From Candidatus Xenobia bacterium (GTDB taxonomy: Bacteria; Vulcanimicrobiota; Xenobia; Xenobiales; QWHO01): a stretch of DNA of 28,011 nt. Both the position numbers and the translations under genes were made by a program. The notes beneath the pieces are model-generated. The model ran no database searches, had not been told where the DNA came from, and saw only the letters and a list, made by a program, of their open reading frames with translations. Below, piece after piece: positions 15,957-24,803 of the stretch. Numbering within the stretch: position 1 is the first letter of the stretch; every line of letters begins with the position of its first letter. The DNA is taken from NCBI GenBank assembly GCA_045863235.1, contig BTUM01000098.1, positions 1 to 28,011 on the forward strand. The letters are read 5' to 3'.

Positions 15957-17006
15957 TCAACCCAGGCAGCGAGCCAGCAGCCGGTGGAACTGGTGGTCGG
16001 CGTGCTCGATCAGGGGCGCGTAGCGCCCTTTGTCGTAGTGTCGCGAGCCCAGACCGCGTTGCACCGACTGGCAGATCAAGATGTCCTCCTGCTGCACCTG
16101 GTCGCTGGCCTTGAGGCTCTCTTCGATGAAGGTCTTGTCCACCGCTTCGGGCTCGAGGTAGTAGTCGAAAACCGTCAGGCAGCGGTCCACCCCCAGCGGC
16201 ACCACCAGGTTGGTGTCCAGCCATGGCCCGTAGCGGTTGAGCATGAAGTTTGGGAAGAGGAAGGCATACACGGCCTCGGCTCCCACCCGGGCGTCCTCGC
16301 CGCCGGCGCACGACTGCACCGACAGGGTGTCGAACAATTCGGTCTTGTAGCCCTCCAGGTCGAGCTTGGCGGCCAGGTCGTGGTGCAGGTGGGAGACGTG
16401 GTAGCCGCCGTCGAGGTAATTGTCCACGTAGACCTTCCAGTTGCAGCCGATCTCCCAGCTGCGGCGGGCCACGAAGAACAGCTCGTCCAGGCGACGCAGC
16501 TTGAGGGGCCTCAGCTCGTCGGCCAGGGACCGCTCGGGTCGGCCCAGGTGCACGAAGACCAGCGGCCCCCAGGTCTCCACCTGAAAGCGTGGCAGGCTGA
16601 AGGCCGAGCGCTCGAAGTCTTTGGCCGGTCCCAGGCGGGGGGCGCTCTTGAGCCGGCCGTCGAGCTGGTAGCGCCAGCCGTGGTAGGGGCAGGTCAGCTC
16701 CTGGGCCTGGCCCTGGCCTTCGGCCACGCAGGCGGCGTGGTGGCGGCAGACATTGGAGAGAGCGTGCAGGTTTCCCTCGGCGTCCCGGGTCACCACCACC
16801 GGCTCGCCGGCCACCTCCGAGGCCACGAAGCTGCCCGGCTCGCTCAGCTGGTCGAGCCGGGCCACCGCCTGCCAGGTGGAATGGAAGATTGCCTTCTCCT
16901 GCTCGAAGAAGGCGGGATCGCGGTACCAGCGGGCCGGAGGGGTCCAGGCGCTGTCCACGGGGATTTCGGGGTCAAAGTCCAGCGGGATGTCGAGATCAAA
17001 TTTCAA
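15957..17006 (-). CDS. Rieske non-heme iron oxygenase alpha subunit (choline monooxygenase-like)
   Basis: Rieske motif NVCRHH...CPYHGW, catalytic NWKVYVDNYLDGGYHVSHLH, and EDILICQSVQRGL. TTG 17006 follows AGGTGG; GTG 17018 is an alternative start. Confidence 0.93.
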   Translation of the reverse strand: MKFDLDIPLDFDPEIPVDSAWTPPARWYRDPAFFEQEKAIFHSTWQAVARLDQLSEPGSFVASEVAGEPVVVTRDAEGNLHALSNVCRHHAACVAEGQGQAQELTCPYHGWRYQLDGRLKSAPRLGPAKDFERSAFSLPRFQVETWGPLVFVHLGRPERSLADELRPLKLRRLDELFFVARRSWEIGCNWKVYVDNYLDGGYHVSHLHHDLAAKLDLEGYKTELFDTLSVQSCAGGEDARVGAEAVYAFLFPNFMLNRYGPWLDTNLVVPLGVDRCLTVFDYYLEPEAVDKTFIEESLKASDQVQQEDILICQSVQRGLGSRHYDKGRYAPLIEHADHQFHRLLARCLG

Positions 17007-17011
17007 CGAAG

Positions 17012-17590
17012 CTACCACCTTTCTCGATGCACCAGCTCGCTCAGGGCCCTGCGACCCCGCTTGAGCGAGCTCGAGGGCCGGTCGCTCAGAGGATGGCCCA
17101 GGGTGACCAGTCCCACGGGGTGCACCCCTTCGGGAAGATTCAGCAGTTCCTTCAGTCCGACAAGGCGGTGGGCTCCCAGAAAGCCTGCTCCCAGCCCCTC
17201 CTCGGCGGCGGCCAGCAAGAGCAGCATCAGGGCCGCTCCCGCGTCCACCCACCAGTAGGGCACGCTCCAGTCGTCGGTGCCCGACTTGTCCGCCTCGGCG
17301 TAGCGCCCCTCGTAGTCGGCCTGGCTGGCAGCCAGCACCACCTGGGCGGGCGCCACCGAAAGCCAGCGCTCGAAACCGCGGGCAGCGTAAGCATCCTCTC
17401 CGGCCAGTCGGGCCAGCTCCAGACGACGAGCGGGATCGGTGATCAGAACAAAGTGGATCCCCTGGCTGAAACCGGCGCTGGGGTGGCGCCGGGCTTTCTC
17501 CAGGATGCGCTCGAGCTGCTCGCTCGCCAGCGGCTCGGGAGAATAGCGGCGCACCATCCGGCGCCGCCGCAGGAGCTGGTTAAGGTCCAA
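17012..17590 (-). CDS. Nitroreductase family protein
   Basis: Motifs LRRRRMVRRY, HPSAGFSQG, YWWVDAGAALMLLLLAAAEEGLGAGFLG and LVTLGHP. Its start overlaps the kinase stop. Confidence 0.92.
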   Translation of the reverse strand: MDLNQLLRRRRMVRRYSPEPLASEQLERILEKARRHPSAGFSQGIHFVLITDPARRLELARLAGEDAYAARGFERWLSVAPAQVVLAASQADYEGRYAEADKSGTDDWSVPYWWVDAGAALMLLLLAAAEEGLGAGFLGAHRLVGLKELLNLPEGVHPVGLVTLGHPLSDRPSSSLKRGRRALSELVHRERW

Positions 17591-20500
17591 GCCGGGCCCG
17601 CCGTTCCCGCCACTCGGCCGGGGTCAACTGGCGCACCTGGTTATTGTCGAGCACCAGGCCGGTATCCACCTCGATCTCCAGCTGCAGGCGTCGGGCTGGC
17701 TCACTCGGGGGAGCGAGGTTCCACAGGCTGACCGTGGGTCCGGCCAGGGTGGCCAGCAGAGGCTGGTCTCGGGCGAAGGCCACCGCCGTCACCGGCTCGT
17801 CGTGATAGAGCGAAGAGGTCAGGGGGTGCCCGCTGTAAGCGTCCCAGACGCGGGCCGTGCAGTCGGTCGATCCGGTGGCCACCGACAGGCCGCTCTGGTT
17901 GAAGCTCACTCCCAGGACCGGGCCCTTGTGGGGCAGGAGCGGTCCAGGGACCTCGTCGTCGAGGTGGAAGATGCGGGCCGAACGCTCGTCCCCGGCCAGC
18001 GCCACCAGGTGGTCGTCGGGACTGACGCGGGCCGAGTGCAGCGGCTGCTCCTCGCAGAAACGGGGAAGGATCTCCTGGCCGCTCTGCATGTCGAATCGGC
18101 GAGCCTTCTGATCCTGGCAAGAGGTCAGGAGCCAGCTGCCGTCCGGGCTGAAGCTGACGCTGGCCACCAGAGCCGGATGGGGCAGGTTGAACCGGATCTC
18201 CCCGCTGGCGGCGTCCCACACCGTGACCCGGCCCTCCTGGACTCCCGAGGCTGCCAGCAGGCGCCCGTCGGCGCTGAAGGCCAGCTCGGTGGCGAGGTCC
18301 CCGGGCTCGAGTCGGGCGCCCGCGCTGCGACGAGCCGGGTCGATGAGCGCGATCGATCGGCCGGTGGTGGCCGCCAACCGTGCGCCATCGGGGGAGAAGG
18401 CCAACCGGCTCACCGGGCTGCCCAGGGCCAGGCCGGTCCCGAGCGGCTGGCCATCGAGGCCGAAGAAGCGCACCTGGCCGTCCCTCGACCCGGTGACCAG
18501 CAAGGGTTGGCCCGGCTGGAAGGCGAGTGAAAGCACCGGCTGGGGATGGGGAATCCTCACCGCTTCGCCACCCGCCAGCGGGTAGAGGCGAGCCTCTTTC
18601 TCAGAACCGGTGGCCACGTAGTCATCGCTCAGGGCCATGGTCATCACCCGTTCGGGATGCTCGAGCCGACGCAGGCTCATCGAGTCGCTCGCCTGGCCAT
18701 AGATCCTCAGCACCCCCAGCCGGGTCAGGGTGGCCAGTCGGGTGCCGTCCGGACTGAACTCCATGGCCAGTATCTTGCTCCCATGGTGCAGCACCGAGCT
18801 TGAGGGCTGGCCATTGTCCATGCGCCAGATGCGCGCGCTGCGGTCGGCCGTGGCGGCCGCCAGGAGCCGGAGCTGAGGGCTGAACACCACCATCCTGATT
18901 TCGTCATCATGGGGCAGGATGTGCCGCGCTCCCTGGCCCTTGCCAACCCCCCCAACCTGGACGGCAGTGCCCACTTTGCTGGCCACCAGCCGCGCCTCGG
19001 GGGAGATGCGCTGCACCCCCTCAACAGTCTGCATGACCCCGAAGGGGAGCAGTTGTTCGTTGTAGCGATGGAGCGAGTCGTCCCCCAGTCGGGTCTGCAG
19101 CTCCTCCTGCGACCAGACGAGCTCGACGACCTGTCCCAGAGTGGGGACCTCTTTGCCCTCCACGAACAGCGACTGGTCTGCGAAAGCTGCAGCCAGCTTG
19201 CCGGCCGGGCTGACGGCCAGGCAGGTCACCGGACTGCTGGGACCGGGCTTCACGACCTTCATCTCGGGCACCAGCAGCACCTCGCCGCTCTCCGAGCCCA
19301 CCGCCCAGCCTCCCTGGGGCCGAGGGGCCAGCACCGTCCACGGCCCCGGGCGCGCTACCCCGTCGAAGGAGAGCTCCTGGCGGCCCACGGCCAGCACCCG
19401 GCCCTGGTCGTCCAGGGCCACCTGTCGCACCGGCTCCTTGAGGGCCGGCAACGGCTTGCTCGAGCCATCGGCCAGGGTGACCAGCAACAGCTTGCCGTCC
19501 TCATAGCCGGTGGCCAGCAGCTTTCCGTCGGGGGAGAAGGCCAGGGCGTTGCCCGGTGTATTGTCGGTGGGGGGGGCGACCATCTCCTCCAACACCCACG
19601 GGAGCCTTGCGTTGAAGCGCAGCGACCAGTGGGCGGCCTTGCCGGGCATGATCCAGGGAACCTCGCGGATCGCCTCGGCCCAGCGCAGGTAGGCCGCCTG
19701 CAGGTCGCCCCTCTGCTCGGCCACCACCCCTCCGTCATACTGAAACTGGGCCATGGTGGCATAGTGCACCGTCCAGGCCGCCCCGGTGCCGCCTCCCAGC
19801 AGGGTGAGCAGGAACAGGAGTGTCAGCGCCACCCTGGGCTTCTGCAAGGCCCGGCGCAGCCGGTAGCCTGCTGTCCAGGGCCTCCGGCAGAGCAGGGGGT
19901 CGCGAGTGCTGCGCCGCTCGAGATCGTCGAGCACGTCATCCACTGAGGCCGTGCGGCGCTCCGGGTCGAGCTCGAGGCAGGCCTCGACGATGGCGGCCAG
20001 ATCCTTGTCGACTCGAGGGTTGAGCTGGCGCAGGGGGATGAGCGGCCGGCTCTGCAGCAGGTTGCGGTACTGCTCCAGACGGCGGGCCGTGTCCTCGGTG
20101 CGGGTCAGCTCGGTGCGGTCGGTCTCGGAGAGCCGCGGGCACTGGCCGGTGAAGAGTAGATAGGCGGTAGCCCCAAGCGAGTAGACGTCCCAGCGCACGC
20201 TGGGCACACTCTCGCCTCCCAGCACGGCCTGCTCGGGAGCCATGAAGCCCAGCGTGCCCCAGGTGACCGACTTGTCCCCTTTGGACCGCGACTGGCCGTA
20301 ATCCACCAGACGTACGTGGCCCTCCTCGTCGAGCATCACGTTGGAGGGCTTGAGGTCGCAGTGCAAGAGACCCTTTTCGTGGCAGTAGCGCAGCGCCGAG
20401 GCGATCTCCTTGAACCAGCGCAGGGCCTGGCGGGTATCCACCTCGCCAACTTCATGCAGTGAGCCGCGCAGGAGCAGCGGCATCACGAAGTAGGGGGGCT

Positions 20501-20831
20501 CGTGGCTCAGGTCGGCGTCGATCAGGCTGACCACGTGGGGATGCTCGGCCACCTCCCGCAGGCGGCCCACCTCATGCTTGAAGTAGAGCCAGTCGAGCCC
20601 CTCGCGCCGGGTGAGCACCTTGACTGCAACCCGCAGGCCGCTGCGCTGCTGCGTTCCGGCCCAGACCTCGCCGAACGAGCCGCGGCCGAGCAGTTTGTCC
20701 AGGCTGTAGCCGGGGAGCGGGGGCGGGGTCTGGGGAGCGTCGGCCGAGGCCTCGCGGGCAGCCTCGAGCTGGCTGCCGGTCTGGGCCACGGTCAGGTTCA
20801 ATTCGCTCTCGCTGGGCACGGCTGAGGACAC
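17580..20831 (-). CDS. Ser/Thr protein kinase with TM helix and WD40 repeats
   Basis: Motifs LGRGSFGEVW, VAVK, HCDLKPSN, LVDYG, GTLGFMAPEQ and DVYSLG. TM segment VALTLLFLLTLLGGG. Many 'FSPDG..LATG..D..AR.W' WD40 units. GTG start after GGGGGAG. Confidence 0.95.
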   Translation of the reverse strand: MSSAVPSESELNLTVAQTGSQLEAAREASADAPQTPPPLPGYSLDKLLGRGSFGEVWAGTQQRSGLRVAVKVLTRREGLDWLYFKHEVGRLREVAEHPHVVSLIDADLSHEPPYFVMPLLLRGSLHEVGEVDTRQALRWFKEIASALRYCHEKGLLHCDLKPSNVMLDEEGHVRLVDYGQSRSKGDKSVTWGTLGFMAPEQAVLGGESVPSVRWDVYSLGATAYLLFTGQCPRLSETDRTELTRTEDTARRLEQYRNLLQSRPLIPLRQLNPRVDKDLAAIVEACLELDPERRTASVDDVLDDLERRSTRDPLLCRRPWTAGYRLRRALQKPRVALTLLFLLTLLGGGTGAAWTVHYATMAQFQYDGGVVAEQRGDLQAAYLRWAEAIREVPWIMPGKAAHWSLRFNARLPWVLEEMVAPPTDNTPGNALAFSPDGKLLATGYEDGKLLLVTLADGSSKPLPALKEPVRQVALDDQGRVLAVGRQELSFDGVARPGPWTVLAPRPQGGWAVGSESGEVLLVPEMKVVKPGPSSPVTCLAVSPAGKLAAAFADQSLFVEGKEVPTLGQVVELVWSQEELQTRLGDDSLHRYNEQLLPFGVMQTVEGVQRISPEARLVASKVGTAVQVGGVGKGQGARHILPHDDEIRMVVFSPQLRLLAAATADRSARIWRMDNGQPSSSVLHHGSKILAMEFSPDGTRLATLTRLGVLRIYGQASDSMSLRRLEHPERVMTMALSDDYVATGSEKEARLYPLAGGEAVRIPHPQPVLSLAFQPGQPLLVTGSRDGQVRFFGLDGQPLGTGLALGSPVSRLAFSPDGARLAATTGRSIALIDPARRSAGARLEPGDLATELAFSADGRLLAASGVQEGRVTVWDAASGEIRFNLPHPALVASVSFSPDGSWLLTSCQDQKARRFDMQSGQEILPRFCEEQPLHSARVSPDDHLVALAGDERSARIFHLDDEVPGPLLPHKGPVLGVSFNQSGLSVATGSTDCTARVWDAYSGHPLTSSLYHDEPVTAVAFARDQPLLATLAGPTVSLWNLAPPSEPARRLQLEIEVDTGLVLDNNQVRQLTPAEWRERRARLGP

Positions 20832-20943
20832 TTCTCCCCCCGGCAGGCTTTTACTTCATTGCGTTCAACCGGGGTCGCCCGAAAAGGTGGCGCAGGGTTG
20901 CGGCCGGACTTCAGGAGCGCAGCCGGAAACCCCCTACTGCTCG

Positions 20944-20998
20944 ACACTCGCGCGCGTTGACCTGTTCAGAATTGGAACGCGCGGGAGTCTGTTGAACG
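20944..20998. repeat. Dispersed hairpin element, copy 1
   Basis: 20944-20987 is the reverse complement of 27183-27226 (42/44 identical). 20988-20998 matches 27163-27173. Confidence 0.9.
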
Positions 20999-21008
20999 GC
21001 GCCGCGCC

Positions 21009-21527
21009 TTAGCTCCAGCTCGCCATCCAGCCGTCCACCTGGGTCCGTCCCAGGGGGCTGGCGCTCGAGCCCGTCAGCTGCCTGTCACCCAGCAGGTTGG
21101 CCAGGGTCTGATCCAGGCAGACAGGATGGCCGGGCGAACGCTCGCACAGCATCGTCTCCAGCTCGCGCACACGCTCCTGGGCGGCCTGCAGACGGCGGCC
21201 GAGGCGGGTGAGCTCCTCGCGGTCCTCCAGGCGGCGCTCCTCGCTCAGGTAGAGCTGCTCCTCCAGGCTTTCGGCGCGGTGCCTGCTCTCAGCGAGTTCA
21301 AAACCAAGCAGCTGGTACTCGAACTCCAGCTCGCGACAGCGCAGGAGACTCTCTTGCAGGCATTCCTCGGTCTGGCGCAGGCGCGCCAGGGCGGCCCCGG
21401 AGCTGGCCACCGCCACCCGGGCTTCTCGCTCGGCTTGCTTGCAGGTCTCCTGCTCCAGGGCCAGGCACTCGTAGGACAGGGCCAGGTCCGTCTCCAGGCG
21501 AGCCAGTTTCTCTTGCACGGTGTGCAT
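21009..21527 (-). CDS. Hypothetical coiled-coil protein (~172 aa)
   Basis: E/L/R-rich heptad-like sequence (MHTVQEKLARLETDLALSYE...). ATG 21527, alternative 21536. The longer ORF-track extension is antisense to TauE. Confidence 0.75.
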   Translation of the reverse strand: MHTVQEKLARLETDLALSYECLALEQETCKQAEREARVAVASSGAALARLRQTEECLQESLLRCRELEFEYQLLGFELAESRHRAESLEEQLYLSEERRLEDREELTRLGRRLQAAQERVRELETMLCERSPGHPVCLDQTLANLLGDRQLTGSSASPLGRTQVDGWMASWS

Positions 21528-21591
21528 CGCGCACATTTGTAAGCGATCTCCGCTCCCGTACGGTTTCCGGCATGTAAACCCCTGGACGCAA

Positions 21592-21617
21592 CAGGAGGTT
21601 CCGCACCCCCCCAGAAG
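21592..21617 (+). promoter_or_regulatory. sigmaH-like promoter of the TauE operon
   Basis: CAGG(A)-N18-GAAG ending 12 nt before ATG 21630. Confidence 0.45.
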
Positions 21618-21629
21618 CAGGCCGCTTCG

Positions 21630-21866
21630 ATGTCTTCCCGCCGTCAGGTTTTGCGCTCCCTGCTTCTCGAGACCGGCCTCTATGTTCCGCTGGTCGCGGC
21701 TTACTTCTTTCTGGTGCTCCGCCTGCTGGGCGACTTCTTGCACGATTGCGCCGTGGGAGACCTCCACCTGTATGCCTGGCTGTCCCTGATCGTCTTGCTG
21801 GGCCAGGCCGTCCTGCTCGACGCCCTGGCCGGAATGATCATGCGCTTCTTGAAGGTACGCCGCTAA
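21630..21866 (+). CDS. Small membrane protein (78 aa, 2 TM)
   Basis: Two hydrophobic stretches. The TAA stop directly abuts the TauE ATG. Confidence 0.75.
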   Translation: MSSRRQVLRSLLLETGLYVPLVAAYFFLVLRLLGDFLHDCAVGDLHLYAWLSLIVLLGQAVLLDALAGMIMRFLKVRR

Positions 21867-22757
21867 ATGGACTTTCCTATTGCGGGGGTGCACCTCGACC
21901 CCCTGGTGCTGGTCTTCCTGGGTTTCTCCATCGGAGTGATGGGCGGCTTCTTCGGGGTGGGCGGCAGCTTCATCGCCGGACCGGCCCTCTTCAACCTGGG
22001 CATCCCCATGAACTACGTGGTGGGCACCGATCTGGCCCACATCGCCGGCAAGTCGGTGGTGGCCGCCAAGAAGCACCGCGCCCTGGGCAACGTGGACGTC
22101 AAGCTCGGCCTCATCATGACCGTGGGCACGGTGCTGGGGGTGGAGATCGGCGTGCAGCTGATCCAGTATCTCAAGAGCATCGGATCGGTGGACCGCGTGG
22201 TGGGGACGGTCTTTTTCTGCGTGCTGGTGTGCATCTCGACGGGGGTCTTTCTCGAGAGCCTGCGCTCGCTCAAGAGCGGTATCGAGGAAGATCGGGCCAC
22301 CAGCTACCCGCTGGTGCGCTGGGTGCAGGGCCTGCGCTTGGGCCCGTCGGTCAGCCTGCCCACTTCGGGCATCGTCCGTATCTCGGTCATGACCATCGTG
22401 CTGGTGGCCCTGGTGGGGGGCTTCTTCTCGGGCTTCCTGGGCGGCGGGGCGGGCTACATCCGCCTGCCCATGATGATCTTTCTGCTGGGCGTGCCCACTC
22501 ACGTGGCCGTGGGCACCGACCTCTTCGAGATCGTGGTCAGCGCCAGTTATGGCACCTTCAGTCACGCCAGCCACGGCAACGTGGACATCATGATCGCCCT
22601 GGTCATGCAGACCGGGGCGGCCGTGGGAGCCAACCTGGGGGCCGGGCTGACCCAGTTCTTCTCGGGGCCGCGCATCCGCCTGGCCTTCGTTCCCCTGCCT
22701 CTGATCGGGGCGGCGCTGATCCTCTACAAGCTGCTCAAGGGAGGGGCCGGGCATTGA
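21867..22757 (+). CDS. Sulfite exporter TauE/SafE family protein
   Basis: Motifs GGFFGVGGSFIAGP, VGTDLAH..KS, HRALGNVD, SGFLGGGAG, AVGTDLF and HGNVD. Confidence 0.93.
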   Translation: MDFPIAGVHLDPLVLVFLGFSIGVMGGFFGVGGSFIAGPALFNLGIPMNYVVGTDLAHIAGKSVVAAKKHRALGNVDVKLGLIMTVGTVLGVEIGVQLIQYLKSIGSVDRVVGTVFFCVLVCISTGVFLESLRSLKSGIEEDRATSYPLVRWVQGLRLGPSVSLPTSGIVRISVMTIVLVALVGGFFSGFLGGGAGYIRLPMMIFLLGVPTHVAVGTDLFEIVVSASYGTFSHASHGNVDIMIALVMQTGAAVGANLGAGLTQFFSGPRIRLAFVPLPLIGAALILYKLLKGGAGH

Positions 22758-23632
22758 AGAAGATCCTGATCGCCACCGATGGCACGCCTCGCGCCGAAGG
22801 AGCCGTGCGGCTGGGCGGGCGCATCGCGTCCGCCTTCAAGGCTGAGGCCACTCTGGTGGGCATCAGCGAGGAGGCCTCTCAGCAGCCGGCGCTGCTGGAA
22901 GCTCTGGCTCAGGCCCAGACCACCCTGCGCCAGGAGAATCAGGTGGAGGCCGCCATCCTGACGGCCCAGGGCGATCCGGTCGAGCGCATCGCAGCCCTCA
23001 CGGCCGAGACCCCCTACATCCTGGTGGTGCTGGGGGGCGCGCGGGTGGGCGGCCATGCTCTCAAGGCGCACCAGCTGGTGCGCCGGGTCCACTCGCGGGT
23101 GCTGGTGGCGCGCCAGGACACCAGCCGTTTCGAGCGCATCCTGCTTTGCTCGGGTGGCTCTCGTCACAGCGAGCGGGCGGTGCGCTTCACCGGCGAGCTG
23201 GCCGCCCGGATGGGGGCGGAGATCACGTTCTTCCACGTGATGGCCCGTCCTCCGGCCGTATTCGAGGGAGCGGCCAACGAGGAGAACCCCGAGGTGGTGG
23301 TCAGCTCGCACTCGGGCCTGGGGCGGGTGATCGAGCGCCAGAACGGCATGCTGGACGCGCTGGGGGTCAACCACTCGGTGCGCCTGCGCTACGGTTTCGT
23401 GCTCGACGAGCTGAGCAAGGAGCTGGAAGAGACCTCCTACGACCTGGTGGTGGTGGGGGCTCGCATGAAGGGCAGCGGGGGCTTTTTCATGGACGACCTG
23501 ACCCAGGCCATCGTCGATAGCGTGGACTCCTCGGTGCTGGTCGTGCGCACCATGGTGGAGCCCTCCGGTGGCTGGTTCGGAAGGGTGCGGCGCTGGTTGC
23601 GCCAGCGCACCCGCCGCAAGCCTAAGGGATAA
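22754..23632 (+). CDS. Universal stress protein (tandem UspA domains)
   Basis: TTGA overlap with the TauE stop. Domain 1: KKILIATDG...GDPVERI...LVVLG. Domain 2: ERILLCSGGS...YDLVVVGA...SVLVVR. Confidence 0.92.
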   Translation: MKKILIATDGTPRAEGAVRLGGRIASAFKAEATLVGISEEASQQPALLEALAQAQTTLRQENQVEAAILTAQGDPVERIAALTAETPYILVVLGGARVGGHALKAHQLVRRVHSRVLVARQDTSRFERILLCSGGSRHSERAVRFTGELAARMGAEITFFHVMARPPAVFEGAANEENPEVVVSSHSGLGRVIERQNGMLDALGVNHSVRLRYGFVLDELSKELEETSYDLVVVGARMKGSGGFFMDDLTQAIVDSVDSSVLVVRTMVEPSGGWFGRVRRWLRQRTRRKPKG

Positions 23633-24803
23633 TCGTGCCGCGCACCTCGCCGAAGCCCACCCGGCTCGCACCCTGACCAGCCCAGGCGCGCATCACCACG
23701 CTGTCGCCGTCCTGTAAGAACTTTCGCTGGCTTCCATCGGGCAGCTCCAGCGGCTCCTTGCCACCCCAGACCAGCTCCAGCATCGAGCCCCGCTGGTGCT
23801 TCTCGGGCCCCGAGATGGTGCCCGAGGCGCACAGATCCCCCACCCGCAGGGCACTGCCGTTGGAAGACAGGTGGGCCAGCTGCTGGGCAAAGCTCCAGTA
23901 CAGATAGCGCGTGTTCGACTGGCAGATCCTCACCGGTTGGCCGTTCTCGGGCTCGAGCCAGACCTCGAGCTGAATGTCGAAGTTGCCCGCCCCCGGCTGA
24001 GCCAGGTAGGGCAGAGGAGCCGGGTCTTGAGTCGGGCCGGCCACCCGGAAGGGCTCCAGCGCCTCCAGCGGCACCACCCAGGGGGAGATCGAGGTGGCGA
24101 AGCTCTTGCCCAGGAAGGGGCCCAGCGGCACATACTCCCACTTCTGGATGTCGCGCGCCGACCAGTCGTTGAGCAGCACCAGACCGAAGATGTGCTGCTC
24201 GACTGATTCGATGGGCACCACCTGGCCGATGGGGGAGGGGGCGCCCACCACGAAGGCCATCTCCAGCTCGAAATCCAGGTTCTTGCAGGCCCCGAAGGTG
24301 GGGGGATCGTCCCCCGGTTTGAGCTGGCCCCAGGGCCGCTTGACCGGATGGCCCGTGACCACCACCGAGGAGGCGCGCCCGTGGTAGCCGATGGGGATGT
24401 GCACCCAGTTGGGGTTGAGGGCGTTCTCGGCACCCCGAAACATCGTGCCCACGTTGGTGGCGTGCTCCTTGCTGGAGTAGAAGTCGACGTAGTCGCCCAC
24501 CTCGATGGGCAAGAGCAGCTCGACCTCGGCCTGGCGGTGGATGGCCGCCTCCACCGGCGGGCCGGCCAGCAGCTCTTTCAGGCGTTGACGCACGGCCTTC
24601 CAGCTCTCGCGGCCGGCGGCCATGAAGCGGTTCAGCGAAGGCTCGGCGAAGAAGTCGCCCGGCAGGTCGAGCCGGGTCAGGTCGAGCACCCGGTCGCCCA
24701 GGGCCACGCCCAGGCGCGGGCTCTCCCCTGATGGACGGAACACCCCGTAGGGCAGGTTGGAAAGCGTAAAGTCGCTCTCGGCGGGGATCTCGAACCAGCT
24801 CAT
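23622..24803 (-). CDS. fahA: Fumarylacetoacetase
   Basis: Motifs SDFTLSNLPYGVF, GDYVDFYSSKEHATNVG, PIGYHGRASS, LDFELE, NDWSARDIQKWEYVPLGPFLGKSF and SGTISG. Confidence 0.96.
   Translation of the reverse strand: MSWFEIPAESDFTLSNLPYGVFRPSGESPRLGVALGDRVLDLTRLDLPGDFFAEPSLNRFMAAGRESWKAVRQRLKELLAGPPVEAAIHRQAEVELLLPIEVGDYVDFYSSKEHATNVGTMFRGAENALNPNWVHIPIGYHGRASSVVVTGHPVKRPWGQLKPGDDPPTFGACKNLDFELEMAFVVGAPSPIGQVVPIESVEQHIFGLVLLNDWSARDIQKWEYVPLGPFLGKSFATSISPWVVPLEALEPFRVAGPTQDPAPLPYLAQPGAGNFDIQLEVWLEPENGQPVRICQSNTRYLYWSFAQQLAHLSSNGSALRVGDLCASGTISGPEKHQRGSMLELVWGGKEPLELPDGSQRKFLQDGDSVVMRAWAGQGASRVGFGEVRGTIIP

Noticed and set aside
21746..23632. 628-aa ORF as one protein; likewise the 581-aa ORF 21009-22754
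   Set aside because: The upstream parts overlap TauE in another frame or strand. The real starts are most likely 22754 and 21527.
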